This document shows positions 38,040 to 50,622 of a stretch of 53,332 nt of DNA, piece after piece; position 1 is the first letter of the stretch; each line of letters starts with the position of its first letter. Made by a program: the position numbers and the translations under genes. The notes under the pieces were generated by a model. It saw nothing but the letters and a program-made list of their open reading frames with translations, did no database searches and was not told where the DNA came from. Source of the stretch: Octopus bimaculoides (taxonomy: Eukaryota); contig NC_068982.1 in NCBI RefSeq assembly GCF_001194135.2, forward strand, positions 33,628,029 to 33,681,360, written 5' to 3'.

Positions 38040-38350
38040 CACCAAGCCATAACATTGAACTTTGAATGTGGTTTATAGCTTAGAGTCATATCCTAACACA
38101 GTTAACCTTGATTTCCAGAAGAGTCAATACAGTTAACCTCTGAATCAAGGAGGCTATCCTAATTAATAAGCTGAAACCAGCATTAAACAACAAACAAGAA
38201 CTACGGGAAGCATACTGGCTGATGTAACAACACCAGTCTGCATGTCACTACCCTTTACCACATATCTGACACCACATACCAATAACAGCTTTATTCTATC
38301 TTCCATTCCTCCACATCTCCTGATAAATGGGTCTTAAATGCAGAATCTGT
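38040..38350 (+). mobile_element. Penelope-like element remnant (GIY-YIG C-terminus and terminal repeat)
   Basis: IKEAILINKLKPALNNKQE at 38144-38200; CCTGATAAATGGGTCTTAAATGCAGAATC at 38319. Confidence 0.5.
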
Positions 38351-39586
38351 TTTGTGAGTCTTTTCTGTGATATTCTAAATAATACAAGTGTATTATAAAA
38401 TTATTTATTTGCACGAAACTTCATCATGTGATCATTTGTTCATTAATTTCCTATTTTTTTGAACCAGTATTTATTAGCTTTTAATTTTACTGTCAAGATT
38501 CATTAACTCAAAGCAACTTGTCCCTTTTATAGATGGTTGGGTATGATTTGAGTGAGATTTGGCTGCTGCTTCAAGCAGGTCAAGTTACAACAAAGAAGCT
38601 CCATGGAAATTCATCAACATTTACAGCAAGATAACAATGCTGGTGAAATAATTTGCTATGAGAACAATTTTCATGAAACTATACCAATGGCGCTGATTGC
38701 ATAAATTATGAAGTCTAGAATTCAACAGAAGAAAAGATTTTAAATACATATAATCCATATAAGCAGACTCTATTAAACAAAGCTGATGACGGTGAACGTA
38801 AATATGATTACGATGATGATAGTGATGACTACATTGGTGATGATAGTGAAAATGTTAACCGAGTTAGTTTAAATCATTTTAGGGTTGCTAACTAATAATT
38901 CATCACATAAATAACAGATATTTTATGTCACTCAGTAATGGCGAAATTCTGTGAACACCCTTAAAAGAAAAATGATGAATTACTAATTTGGTTTATTAAA
39001 ACTTAATTGTAGTTCATGGTTTTCATTATGGATAGTAAGTATTATGGTAAAGAATGAGAGAAAACACGCCCAAACAGGTCATAAGCACATGAGCATGTTT
39101 AGGCAACATATCAAGTTTTAAACATGTATTGTCTTTGTAAGGTAGATATTATGAACAAAATAAAAACATGTCAAAAGAAGAGGTGCACTGAATAACCAGA
39201 AGACACTGAATTGGTTAAACAGAAACAAAGAAAACTACAACAAAAACATAAATTTTAACTATAGACTAATACAAACTCTTTCAGTTTTATATTAACATAT
39301 TTCCTGCAAATAAAGGCAAGTAACTGTGTGTATATGCACACATACACTAATTATTATTCATGTCACTACTTAATAACAAAGTACTGCATATTTTTAACTA
39401 AATGTTTCTGGAAATATTTTCAAGTGCTACCGTTTCATCAGTGCCCCACCAATGTAGACCTGTTAAGAGAGTAACAGAATTCAGTAGTTATACATATTAA
39501 CATGAAATAAAACCAAAGTTTGAGGAAACTATGGCCTGTGTTAGTAAAACTTACGTAAAGTTTGTAAATTTGGATAAGTTCATTAA

Positions 39587-40100
39587 TCCTTTAGTATTTA
39601 AACAGCCCATTTCCAGCCAAAATATTCTGTTTTATATTAAAATGGGCCAGATCTCACCTGTCACACTTAACCTACAGTGTCATTCTAAAAACAAACAAGA
39701 GTATCATCAAAAATCCTAAAGCTATGACATAATACATAGTGTGAAGTAGCATGGCTCAGTGGTTAGAGTGTTGGGCTCACAATCATGAAGTTATGAGTTC
39801 AATTTCTGGACCGGGCTGTGTGTTGTGTTCTTGAGCAAGACACTTTATTTCACGTTGCTCCACTTCACTCAGTTGTAGAAATGAGTTGTGATGTCACTAG
39901 TGCCAAGCTGTACTGACCTCTGCCTTTCCTTTGGATAACATCAGTAGCATGGAGAGGGGGGGGTATGCATAGTGACTGTTGGGCTTCCATAAACAACCTC
40001 GCTCGAACTTGTGCCTTGGAGGGTAACTTTCTAGGTGCAATCCCTTGGTCAATGCATAATTAATTCAAAACTACGTGAATAAACAAGTATTACATACGAC
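39587..40100. mobile_element. TTAA MITE family 2 split by a SINE; a reverse copy lies at about 43365-43584
   Basis: Both halves match 52076-52287; the 43.5-kb copy ends AAAGGG|TTAA. Confidence 0.72.
39739..40050 (+). mobile_element. SINE family C; related copies at about 4386-4645(+), 32465-32642(+), 48170-48335(-)
   Basis: tRNA-like head tggctcagtggttagag..gagttcaatt, then tgtgttcttgagcaagacact; near-perfect 8-bp TSD. Confidence 0.8.
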
Positions 40101-41447
40101 AGAGTAATCTGAATGCTAATTGGGCTGAGAGAGAAAAAAGTTTACTGCTAGAATTTGCAAAAAATGTTCTTTCCCTAACATGAAATGTCTCCATATGTCA
40201 TGAAACTTAGCCAAATTTACAAATATCAATACTTAATGTGTTAGTTGACAAGAATTTAAGTTTAGTTAAAATTTCAAAATTCAAATCTGAACTAAACTAT
40301 AGGTTTAATAAAGGTTTCTTAATTCAAAAATATGAAAAGATTCCAGGCATTATAAGTCACTTCAGACTTTTTACCTATAAATAAACAGAGTTTTTTACTA
40401 TTTAAAATATTTGAAAATAGGAGGTAATTTGAAACAAATTTGTGTTTTTCAAATTTTAACTTTGGAGTGTAGGAAATTCAAACAGTACAGTTATCAGTGT
40501 TTCCTCCCATTTCACTATTTCATACAAGAACCATCTTGTTAACACCAATTATTGATGACAACAAGAAAGTCATTAATCCAAAACGGTTGCAAGAATATTA
40601 TGCTCAAACTAAACATAGATGTTCAAAATTTCATTAAAATTGCAGGAGAGCTAGGAGTTATTCATGAATCATAAAAAACTAGAAATAGTTTACAATCGAT
40701 AGAAAAGGAAATGATTAAAATGTATAGATAATGAGGAAAATAAGTTTTGGGATCAAATAACTAAATAAGAATTTATTNNNNNNNNNNNNNNNNNNNNNNN
40801 NNNNNNNNNNNNNNNNNNNNNNNNNNNNNNNNNNNNNNNNNNNNNNNNNNNNNNNNNNNNNNNNNNNNNNNNNNNNNNNNNNNNNNNNNNNNNNNNNNNN
40901 NNNNNNNNNNNNNNNNNNNNNNNNNNNNNNNNNNNNNNNNNNNNNNNNNNNNNNNNNNNNNNNNNNNNNNNNNNNNNNNNNNNNNNNNNNNNNNNNNNNN
41001 NNNNNNNNNNNNNNNNNNNNNNNNNNNNNNNNNNNNNNNNNNNNNNNNNNNNNNNNNNNNNNNNNNNNNNNNNNNNNNNNNNNNNNNNNNNNNNNNNNNN
41101 NNNNNNNNNNNNNNNNNNNNNNNNNNNNNNNNNNNNNNNNNNNNNNNNNNNNNNNNNNNNNNNNNNNNNNNNNNNNNNNNNNNNNNNNNNNNNNNNNNNN
41201 NNNNNNNNNNNNNNNNNNNNNNNNNNNNNNNNNNNNNNNNNNNNNNNNNNNNNNNNNNNNNNNNNNNNNNNNNNNNNNNNNNNNNNNNNNNNNNNNNNNN
41301 NNNNNNNNNNNNNNNNNNNNNNNNNNNNNNNNNNNNNNNNNNNNNNNNNNNNNNNNNNNNNNNNNNNNNNNTTTTTTTTTTTTTTTTTTTTTTTTCCAGT
41401 TTAGAAACATGAAGTAAAACAATGTGTAGAGTCCACATCTGACTCAC

Positions 41448-41577
41448 CAAGTCCCACTTTTGCTTGGCTTCCATCTCCAACAACAAAATGTGAATTCGGT
41501 CCACTTGATGGTAGATGCAGCATGGCTTTAGCCGACTTATTTTTCTTTTGTCTCGACCGCTTCTTTGCCCTTGGCAT
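41448..41577 (-). CDS. Probable first coding exon: MPRAKKRSRQKKNKSAKAMLHLPSSGPNSHFVVGDGSQAKVGL + 1 nt (exon starts at 41597, 20-nt UTR)
   Basis: Acceptor ttctgtcccccag|G at 41597, in-frame TAA upstream of AAAAATG, donor CTTG|gtgagt at 41448. It ends in phase 1, matching the exon at 11752. Confidence 0.7.
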
Positions 41578-42297
41578 TTTTTCTATAAATTGTTAACCTG
41601 GGGGACAGAACATTTCCATACATTACAGCCTTCTCTAAGACAAAATATAAATTATCAACAAAAAAGATGCCACCTAGATTTTGTAAAAAGAGAGCAAGTA
41701 TTCACAGAAGTAGGTTGTGAATTTGAAATAATTAAATTCACACTGCAACACCAGAATTTTATCTGAAATTAAGAAAAAATAATTATGAATCTAACTATCA
41801 ATTCATCAATATATCTGTCAATCAATCTATGTGTACATGTGTGCGCACATGTGCTTGTGCCTCTGTGAGTGCGTGTGCATGATGTGTGTAAATAAGTTAT
41901 GTTTTGAGGTTCACAGTTTTGTATTATGAGGAAGGGTGCCACTCAACCAAAGCATCAGTTTAGATGGTATCATATGTCTTCTACCATGAATCTGGGTAAA
42001 GACACTTAACAGTTCCACCTGTAGATTTTCTAGCAAATAAAAACACTTACTGTTCTACAAAACAATGGTACAGTATACAATAGAATCAATGTTTGATTAG
42101 TTTGTAGTTATGCTTAGGATCTCTTAACAGAAGCTGGATATGTGCTATCATTCAAATTATGGCAATGAGGACAACCACATTTCAGCAAATCTTAGGTATG
42201 CTCAATCAATGCTCCTTCAAGAAATATTACTGTTCTGCTTACGAAACAATTTGTTTAACACATGGAGTGGGGTTTGTTTTTACTGCTCATGATTCAT

Positions 42298-42353
<56 letters not shown>

Positions 42354-44748
42354 TTTGTAGCATATGTGCAAGTTCTCAAATTTTGCAGTCCACTTTGCTG
42401 GGCGGTTGGTGTTAGGAAGGGCATCCAGCTGTAAAAACCATGCCAAAACAGACACAGAAATGTTAGAAGTGAAGTACAATTGTGCTATTGCCTCTAGTAC
42501 TTGATCTGTACAAATTTTAATGACCTAACTTCCCAGGAGGTGGAAAGCAACACTGACTTTAGTGGGTTTGAGTTTAAAAAAATAAAGAGATAAACATTTT
42601 TTTTGAGTTTCGACAAGAAGCCTGTTATAACAACAGATTAAGGCATTTGAGACAGTCAAATTAAAGTGAGGATTGACAAAATATTATTGTTGTTCCACAT
42701 CTCTTGTACTATTACAAGTTATTGCTTATCTCCAGGTTAATTGTGATTGTGCAGACTTATGATCAAAAGCTTTCCCATTATAATCATTACATCATTTTAC
42801 AGTTAGGTTTATGTTTAAGACAACATTATCCAATGAGTCCTTTGTTCATTTAAGAGGAGATTTTGCTGCTATTCCTAGCAGGTCATGTAACCCTAAAAAG
42901 GTTTCCTCACTGGCTCATCTATTAGAAGTTAGTTACATCAGGTGATTCATCTCCTATGGACAAAATGATAAGTTGTTCAAATTCATTTTACTCACTATAA
43001 AAGGTTTTTTTCTTCATCATTAGTGACAGAAGCAGTGTTACTTCAGAATAGCCATCTGCATGTCTTACTTAACACGGATATACTGTAGAAAGCATCTCAT
43101 ATAAGGAATATAGTGCTAAAATGCACAAAATTGAATTAGGGGCAGAAGAAAAGCATCCAGCAGCATTGATAGAATTGCTAAATCTGGGTTTTTGCATCTT
43201 TGCACGTCATGGTAGCAAGTATCCACTATCATTGCATGCTGAGATAAATTTTATCTCAACTGATATAGAAAAACAGTGATTAATAAATCACTAGCATTGC
43301 AAATAGCTGGCAGGTAAGGTAAAAATTTATTATTAGTAATGGAAGCAGTATTAGATCAAAATAGCATTCTGTACATCTTATTTTGGGTCAGTCAAATGTA
43401 AAGCTTATTTATCCATATTACTTTGAAATAATCATGTATTATTTCATAGCTTCAGGATTTTAATGTGGTTGTTTACTTTTAGAAAAACATAGTAGGGTAG
43501 GTGTAAGAGGCCTGATCTGGTTGGTTTCAGCATAAAACAGGTAGAATATTTGAGCTAGATATGGCTGGTTTAAATGTTAAAGGGTTAATGTGGATGTACT
43601 GTAGAAAGTCACAACACTGTGGTGTTCTTTTTACTTTGACTATCAAAATCTTAACAACATATTTTATTCAGTCTTTGATGCCAACATTTAATTATCTACT
43701 AGATAAGACTATTCAATAAGTCTTAAGAATTAAAAAAATTCAACAAGTGAAAGAATGATCTCACATCAATCAACTTGAGGAAGGTAAGAAGTATTAACAT
43801 AGAATGTTTATCATATTCAATAGCTAGCATATATATTCTTAATATGTTCCAGCAGATGTGAATATGAATATGCTAACTACTGTTGTGCTTCATCATAGGA
43901 GAACAACTTCTTTAAGATGAATCTTTGTTCATAACACACTTGATTCATTAGCATAAGGGGACTCTGGGATACCCAGTGTTTTGACATCATTTTATCTCAT
44001 CAGTTTGTGACTCTTGTTTATAACTTTAGCAAACAAATTATTTGCTGAAGCATGCTGATATGATGATAATAAATCATTTTTATTATATATCTATTATATT
44101 TTAAATATCAGCTCAAGAGCATCATTTAATGTGACAAAATCTTTCTATTTCACTTTAATTTTATTTCTTATCATTTGCTAGTCTACAGACATGTTTAGCA
44201 ACACTTTCTATTCAGTTTTCAAAATAAGTTGACTTCAGAACTGATATTCTTTTGATCTTTTACTTGTTTTAGTTACTGCATGAGGACAATACTGGGTGCC
44301 ACTTTCAAGGATATAGTCAGTTGTATCAATGCCAGTGCTTTGACGTACATTTTATTGACTTCAGAAGGATACAAGGCAAAGACAATCTATGTGTGGTTTA
44401 AATTCACAAAGTAAAGAGATGTAACCAAATACTATGAAATATTTTATCAAACACTCCACCGATTCTTCCAAGTCTACTATTTGATTACTAACTGCCTCAA
44501 AGCAAGCAAATCAATAAAGAAGAATTACAAGTAAAAACAAATGGGCACAGATGGAGTTGGAGAAAGATGACTGCATTACATAGTCAAAGGTGTACAGTGC
44601 ACAAAGACCTGTGAGAGGAAATATTATAGCAGGAAAACCTTGGCATAAAAACAGTCCCACTCTCTCAGCCATGGAAGTTAAGATCCACTACTATGATGAT
44701 CATTATAAATGGTGACTTCAAACTGTATTCAATAGAATACTTAAGATT

Positions 44749-45322
44749 CAATAGAATACTTAAGATTAGATTAGTGCTACATCGTGGGCTAGCAACCATT
44801 ATCTCGGCCTATGCCCCTCAGCCAGAGATGCCTGATGGACAGAAAGACTGATCTTGTGACACCCTCTTGCTGACTACCTTGTCAACGAATGACAGAGACC
44901 TTCTCTATGTGGCTGGTGATTTCAATGGACATGTTGGACAACATGCAGGAGGTTTCCATCGCATACATGGAGACTATGGTTTTGGTTCCCACAATGAGGA
45001 GGGAACCAGGCTGCTGGAGTTCTGCGACGCAAATGCCTGCATTGTTTGCAATACTAACTTCAGGAAGCCTGCCAGCCACCTAGTCACCTACCAATCTGGT
45101 AGTCACACTAGTCAAATTGACTACATCCTTACCAGGAAAAGGGAAAGATGGCTACTTATAAATGCCAAAACCTTCCCAGACGAAGAATGTACCCCTCAAC
45201 ATAGACTAGTAGTTAGCGACTTCAGAATCAGGGCTAAATGGATGCCCAGCAGACGACCAGCATGGAGAAGAAGGGTCTGGAAGCTTAAAGATCCTGCAAA
45301 TGGACAGAGATTCAGAGACATC
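44749..45322 (+). mobile_element. RTE LINE AP-endonuclease fragment (inactive)
   Basis: TIISAYAPQ, GDFNGHVG, NEEG..LLEFC, SQIDYIL and QHRLVV motifs; in-frame TGA at 44849; no 3' tail. Confidence 0.92.
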
Positions 45323-45427
45323 TGAAAATAGCTAATTTCTATGATCTGATACAAAGAATTTCACCAAGCAAATATTAATCCATGTGTAAGGAAGATATTC
45401 TTACATGCATTTGTAAAAGCATACACA

Positions 45428-45462
<35 letters not shown>

Positions 45463-46471
45463 GTGTGCATACACCCACACACATATAAACATGCACACAC
45501 ACATGCATACAGGCACTCAGACATATGTGAGCATGCATAAGGGACAACTGAAGAAGAGAAATATTCTTTATGTTGCATGTCTTGCTTCTCTGTTTGTTTT
45601 TTCGTTGTTCGAAAAAATGTTCATTTTCTGTCTTTGTCTTTATGTTTTCGTTTCTCATTGTGTTTAATGTTTTTTGTGATGTCCTGTACCCATATATGCA
45701 TGTATGTATACATATAGATGTAGGTATGTACATATATGTATGGATATATATGCATATATTTATATATTATTTATGTTATATGATCGAACGCTATGCACTG
45801 TCTCCAAGTAGTAAGTTTTATATATATATATAGTATGGTGGGAGACCTCTACACAGTTTCCATTTACCAAATTCACTCACAAGGCATTAGTCAACCTGAA
45901 GTTATAACAGAAGACACTTGCCAAAGATGCCACACAATGAGATTGAACCCAAAACCATGTGGTTGCAAAGTAAGCTTTTTAACTGCACAGCTATGCCTTC
46001 ACTTACAGTAAAGGAAAAAAATGTTTCTGAAAATCTTGTCATTTACTTTTAAATTTTCACAGAAACATCACAAATATAATTAAGTCATCCCTAACAATCT
46101 CACCAAACTATTACAACTTATGCTCATGCAATGTTATTTTTTTTAACTGTAGTTGTTGTTACATATTTTCCACTATATTATGAGAATTTTATATTTCATA
46201 GTGTGGGAAAAAAATGTAATTTGACCTTGTAAAATCTCTTTACAATGGATTCATTCTTCTTCTCAACATTTCTTAACTATACAGGTGCATTTTTAGTTAT
46301 ATAATTTCTCTGTTTATGGATTTCATATACAAAAGAAAACCATAAACTTTTACAAGTGTCAGGCAATAAACTCGGCCTCAGACTAGAAAATTCTACTTGT
46401 ATATTTATTCACTTGCGTATTTGTATATTCACACATCAATTTTGGGAGTAGTCTATAGTCATGGTCAGTTC

Positions 46472-46695
46472 TAAATCCTCTTGATACCAATCTGACTGAA
46501 ATCACCCCTGGTTCTATGATACAAATTCCATTTTAAAGTGATTTAAATTAAAACCTTCAATCAAAATTTCATGTTCATTTATATTCCAAACACCAATTTA
46601 ATAATGAGAAAGTTATAATTCTAAATTCTTCATTATTTTCAAAATTAATTGAAATAAAGGCAGTGCATTTCAAAGTGTTTATGGTAACAAAAGGG
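46472..46695. mobile_element. piggyBac-like MITE, family 1 (older variant); partial copy also at about 20870-20990
   Basis: Ends GGTAACAAAAGGG|TTAA; internal similarity to the other copies. Confidence 0.75.
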
Positions 46696-49600
46696 TTAAG
46701 GAATAAAATATCCTCCAAAAGAATTTTTTTTTTTTTTACTTGTTTCAGTCATTGGACTGTGCCTATGCTGGAGCACCACCTTGAAGGGTTTAGTTAAACA
46801 AGTTGACCCCAGAATTTGTTTTTATGTCTGGTACTTAATCTACCCTATCAGTCTCTTTTGCTGAACAACTAAGTCACAGAGATGTAAACAAACCGACAAC
46901 CAACACCTGTTGTCAAGCAGTGGGGTAGAGAATGGGGGGGGGTGAATGCAGTACAAAGACATGCATGTAGATGTGTACATGATGGGCTTCTTCCAGTTTC
47001 CATCTAAAAGATTTGGGAATTTGGTTGGCCTGGAGCTACACTAGAGGACACTTACCCAAGGAACCAGGCAGTGAGATTAAACCTGAAACCATATGATCAG
47101 ATAGCAAGCTTCTTACCACACGGTCGTAAAAAGTTTTTTAAAAAACCAGTTGTTTTAGTAACCTAACACCAGACATAGAAATCAAGGGAGAAAAAGCAGA
47201 CTAAACTTTATAAACAGTGATAGTAAAATGTACTTTCTTTGAACAAAGCAGTGATGAAAATATCATTAAAGCTAGCTGTTTTAGAACGTTTCGTTTTATG
47301 TTAGGATTAAAAGCAAACATACATAGGGCTACATCTAGATATAGATATAGCAATAGCAGTCAAGTTTAGACATTTAACTATCCTATTAGTTACTACTCAA
47401 TTGTTTGCTTCCCTTCCAGTTGTTTCTGTTTCTTTTCTAATACTAAAATAAGAGTGTGAGCTTCCAAGGAGCTCTCACTCACTCACTCACTCACTCACTC
47501 ACACTCACACACACACACACACCATTTCTTTTCACTCAAAAGAGAGTTTAGTTTTTGACATAAACAGAACATATATAACTTTGGTCAATACCAATGTATT
47601 TTTATTGGAATTCCTAAATAAAAAGGAAATTCTGTTAGTTCTATCAGTATTGAAATACCTTCTAAATCATGCGGGGCATTTAATGACAAGTGCTCAGCCT
47701 CAGTAAACATCGTCTGAACTGGATGAGAGATAATAATCACTTCAACAAAGAACAGTATTCTACCAGATCCAGCATTCCCAAATAAGTTGCTACCTATACT
47801 TGGTAGCTGGATTAACTTAAGCCATGCAAAATGATATCACCTGCCCAGAAATGCCATGCAACACCTGTAATAGATTAGAACTCACAATCTATGAATTGAT
47901 AATTTAATATGTTATCAACTGATCCATTTCAATTCTACTTAGGTTCATATCTACTAAACAAAATTCTTACTTTAGTTAAAAGAACAGAGCGCATTCAGTA
48001 TAATTGTTTCTATATTAGCCACAATCTTTACTCCTAGTCACTATATCACTGCATCAACCAGACTATTGGATGTTATTATACACCACTGATCACAATGCAC
48101 TTCCTTGCATTGTCATAGCTTTCAAATGGTGCCACTCTACTTGCTAGACAGGCAGGCCTATGGCATGTAAGTGACCAAGAACACAACATTCCTCCTACAT
48201 GGGATGCCAATTTATCACATTTGCAACTGAGTAGCCGGGAGCAACATGAAATGTTTTGTTTAAAAACACACACACACCTCCCAGTTCAGGAATTGAAACC
48301 ATCTTGTAATGGTGAGCACAACACCCTAACCACAACATCAAGTGTATTCACTTATTCTTACTGCAAGCTTCACACATCCTATCTGCTGTAGATGTTTTAA
48401 AGCATAAATCTGCAAGTTATAGATAGTTATTCATCCCATGACCTGCATACTCAGTCAGAACTGACCTAGTGCTGTGCAACAACAACAAGAGCAGCAACAG
48501 TTGATTTACAATCAATAACATTCAACACCACAAACATACTGATGCTATCAGGTTTAGCACAACCCTACTGAACCAGCTTCTAATTATATCATATAAGAGG
48601 CAAATGGCCAATTTAACTAAACTATTGCCATCACACCCAAGCAGAAGTAATCTGATAGCATGTACCATACCGTTGGTGTTTATATAGTCGCAAGAAAATA
48701 CAGACACCAGCTCAGCTCTCCTACTTCTTGACCCAACAGAACATTGAGGATGTGACAGCTGGAGTAAGTAAAGGGCTGTGCCAGCACTAGGTTGGAGATC
48801 ATTTTCAGCTGAGCAGACTGGACCAACATGCAATGAAGTGTCTAGATCAAGAACACTGCACATGACCTTAGAATTGAAAGCCTAACACCTTTAATATTAG
48901 GTCACATGACATTACATAAACTGCACATGAATGATTTATAAAGCAATGTTTGAAGCTCTGAAACAACATTGCAGTTCAGATATTTAACCAATGAATGAAT
49001 CCAGTGGTCAGTGATATCATCATCCTCATTATCGTTTAACATCTGTTTTCCATACTGGCACAGGTTGGACAGTTTGACAGGATCCAGCAAGTCGCATGGC
49101 TGCACTAAGTTCTAATGTCAGCTTTAGCATGGTTTCTACAGCTGGATACCCTTCCTAATGCCAACCATTTTACAGCGTGTACTAGGTGCTTTTTATCACG
49201 TCACTGGCACTTGTGAATTTGCCAAGCAATTTGCAACAGAGAAGAACAGGGGGAAAAAGGAAGCCAAAAAGGCTCCAGTTACTAAGTATGTGTGGTGGGA
49301 ATTTGAGTGGGTAGGTGGTTTTATGCCAAGTGTTGAAGACTAAAGTATGATAGAGAGACAAGCATAAGTGCTTTGCTAATGTGTGACATGTGGAATAACC
49401 ATCAAATGCTTTATTGTGTCATATCCAATTCTGTTCTTGTAAAAAGATTTGAATGTTTTCCAACCTTTTTATTATGCTAGATTTATAACAGGCATAAAAT
49501 ATTATAAAGTAAGACACCAATGACTTGCCATTAAGACTTAGTATTCAATTTCTAACTGCAGTTATAATCACTTCCTAATATTCATGAAAATCAAAATTGG

Positions 49601-50250
49601 ATTCCACCCTACCAAAAATTTTTATACTTCATACTTCATTGGATATGACAATGAAAAATCATTTTAGTAATAGTCATATCAATCTACATCCAAAAATGGA
49701 TATGCATTTTTTTTTTTTTTTTTTTTAGTTTAAATAAAATTAAGTATAATTGTTGTCAACAGATATTTATTATAATTGTTATAAGCAGTAAAACATTAGC
49801 AGCAGATATTTGCTTAATGCTGAAATATACTGCAGCTTACAAGAGCTTTTCATTTGTCAAGTGCAAACAAGTTAAGCAGATCTTGTAATTTGGTACTGTT
49901 TTGACTGCTTAAATATAATGGTCACAAATCATTTATACGACATTCAGTGAACAAAAACAAAGTAAATAATACAAAATAAAATAAAACAATTTACTAAACA
50001 AAACAGGAAAAATAAGCTTAATGCCAAAATCTTAAAATAGAAAACAGAAACACAATGACTAGAAAAACATTTGAGAGTATAAATAAAGAACTGGATCTTA
50101 CACATGTGCACAAACACACAAAGTCACAGTCTCAGACATAACTGCATGTAATATATATATCATTTGTTTGTCTGAAGTGCAGTACTTATACCCTTATTAG
50201 GACTTCCTAGACAATGGAATAAAGGTAGTCACTGAGTAATTTGAACCTCT

Positions 50251-50622
50251 AAGGCACCCGTGCCAGTGACACGCAAAAGGTACCTGTGTCGGTGACAACT
50301 AAAAACCACCCATGCTGGTGGCACATAAAAGGCACCTGTGCTGGTGATATTTTAAAGGTACCCATACTGGTGACAAGTTACAGACACCCATGCTGGTGAC
50401 GAGATAAAGGCAGCTGTGCAGGTGACAAGATAAAGACACCCATGTAGGTGACACATTAAAGGCACCCAGTACATTCTATAGTGGTTGGCATTAGGAAGAG
50501 TACCCAGCCGTAGAAACTAAGCCAAAACAGACAAATGGAGCCTGGTGCAGCTCTCTGGCTCACCAGCTCCAGTCAAACTGTCTAACCTATGCCAGCATGG
50601 AAAGCAGATGTTAAATGATGAT
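50251..50622 (+). mobile_element. Old RTE-type 3' UTR with an 8.4 x 26-bp tandem array
   Basis: Array 50251-50468, then gtggttggcattaggaag..catggaaagcagatgttaaatgatgat. Confidence 0.8.

Larger units (their letters stand above)
2570..41597 (-). other. 5' part of an Lbc-family RhoGEF gene (AKAP13/ARHGEF28-like); continues beyond base 1
   Basis: Three GT-AG exons of 130+198+276 coding nt join in one open frame. The joined peptide matches the recalled N-terminal domain of AKAP13/ARHGEF28. Introns are about 29.7 kb and 8.7 kb. The DH-PH domain is not in the window. Confidence 0.8.

Noticed and set aside
39425-39460. Minus-strand CTGATGA...GAAA as a hammerhead; also CTGAAGA...GAAA at about 2317-2346
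   Set aside because: No credible stem II or III, and no cleavage triplet could be paired.
41372-41510. Plus-strand poly-T + CCAG looking like an acceptor
   Set aside because: All three frames after CCAG stop within a few codons. The open frame after the next AG is the antisense shadow of the minus-strand exon.
48522-48863. 113-aa minus ORF and a plus-strand GA|gtaagt donor
   Set aside because: No domain motifs or consistent splice pair; probably decayed retroelement sequence.
50251-50468. Regular 26-bp array resembling a CRISPR
   Set aside because: The units are contiguous with no unique spacers, there are no cas genes, and it sits inside an RTE UTR in a eukaryote.
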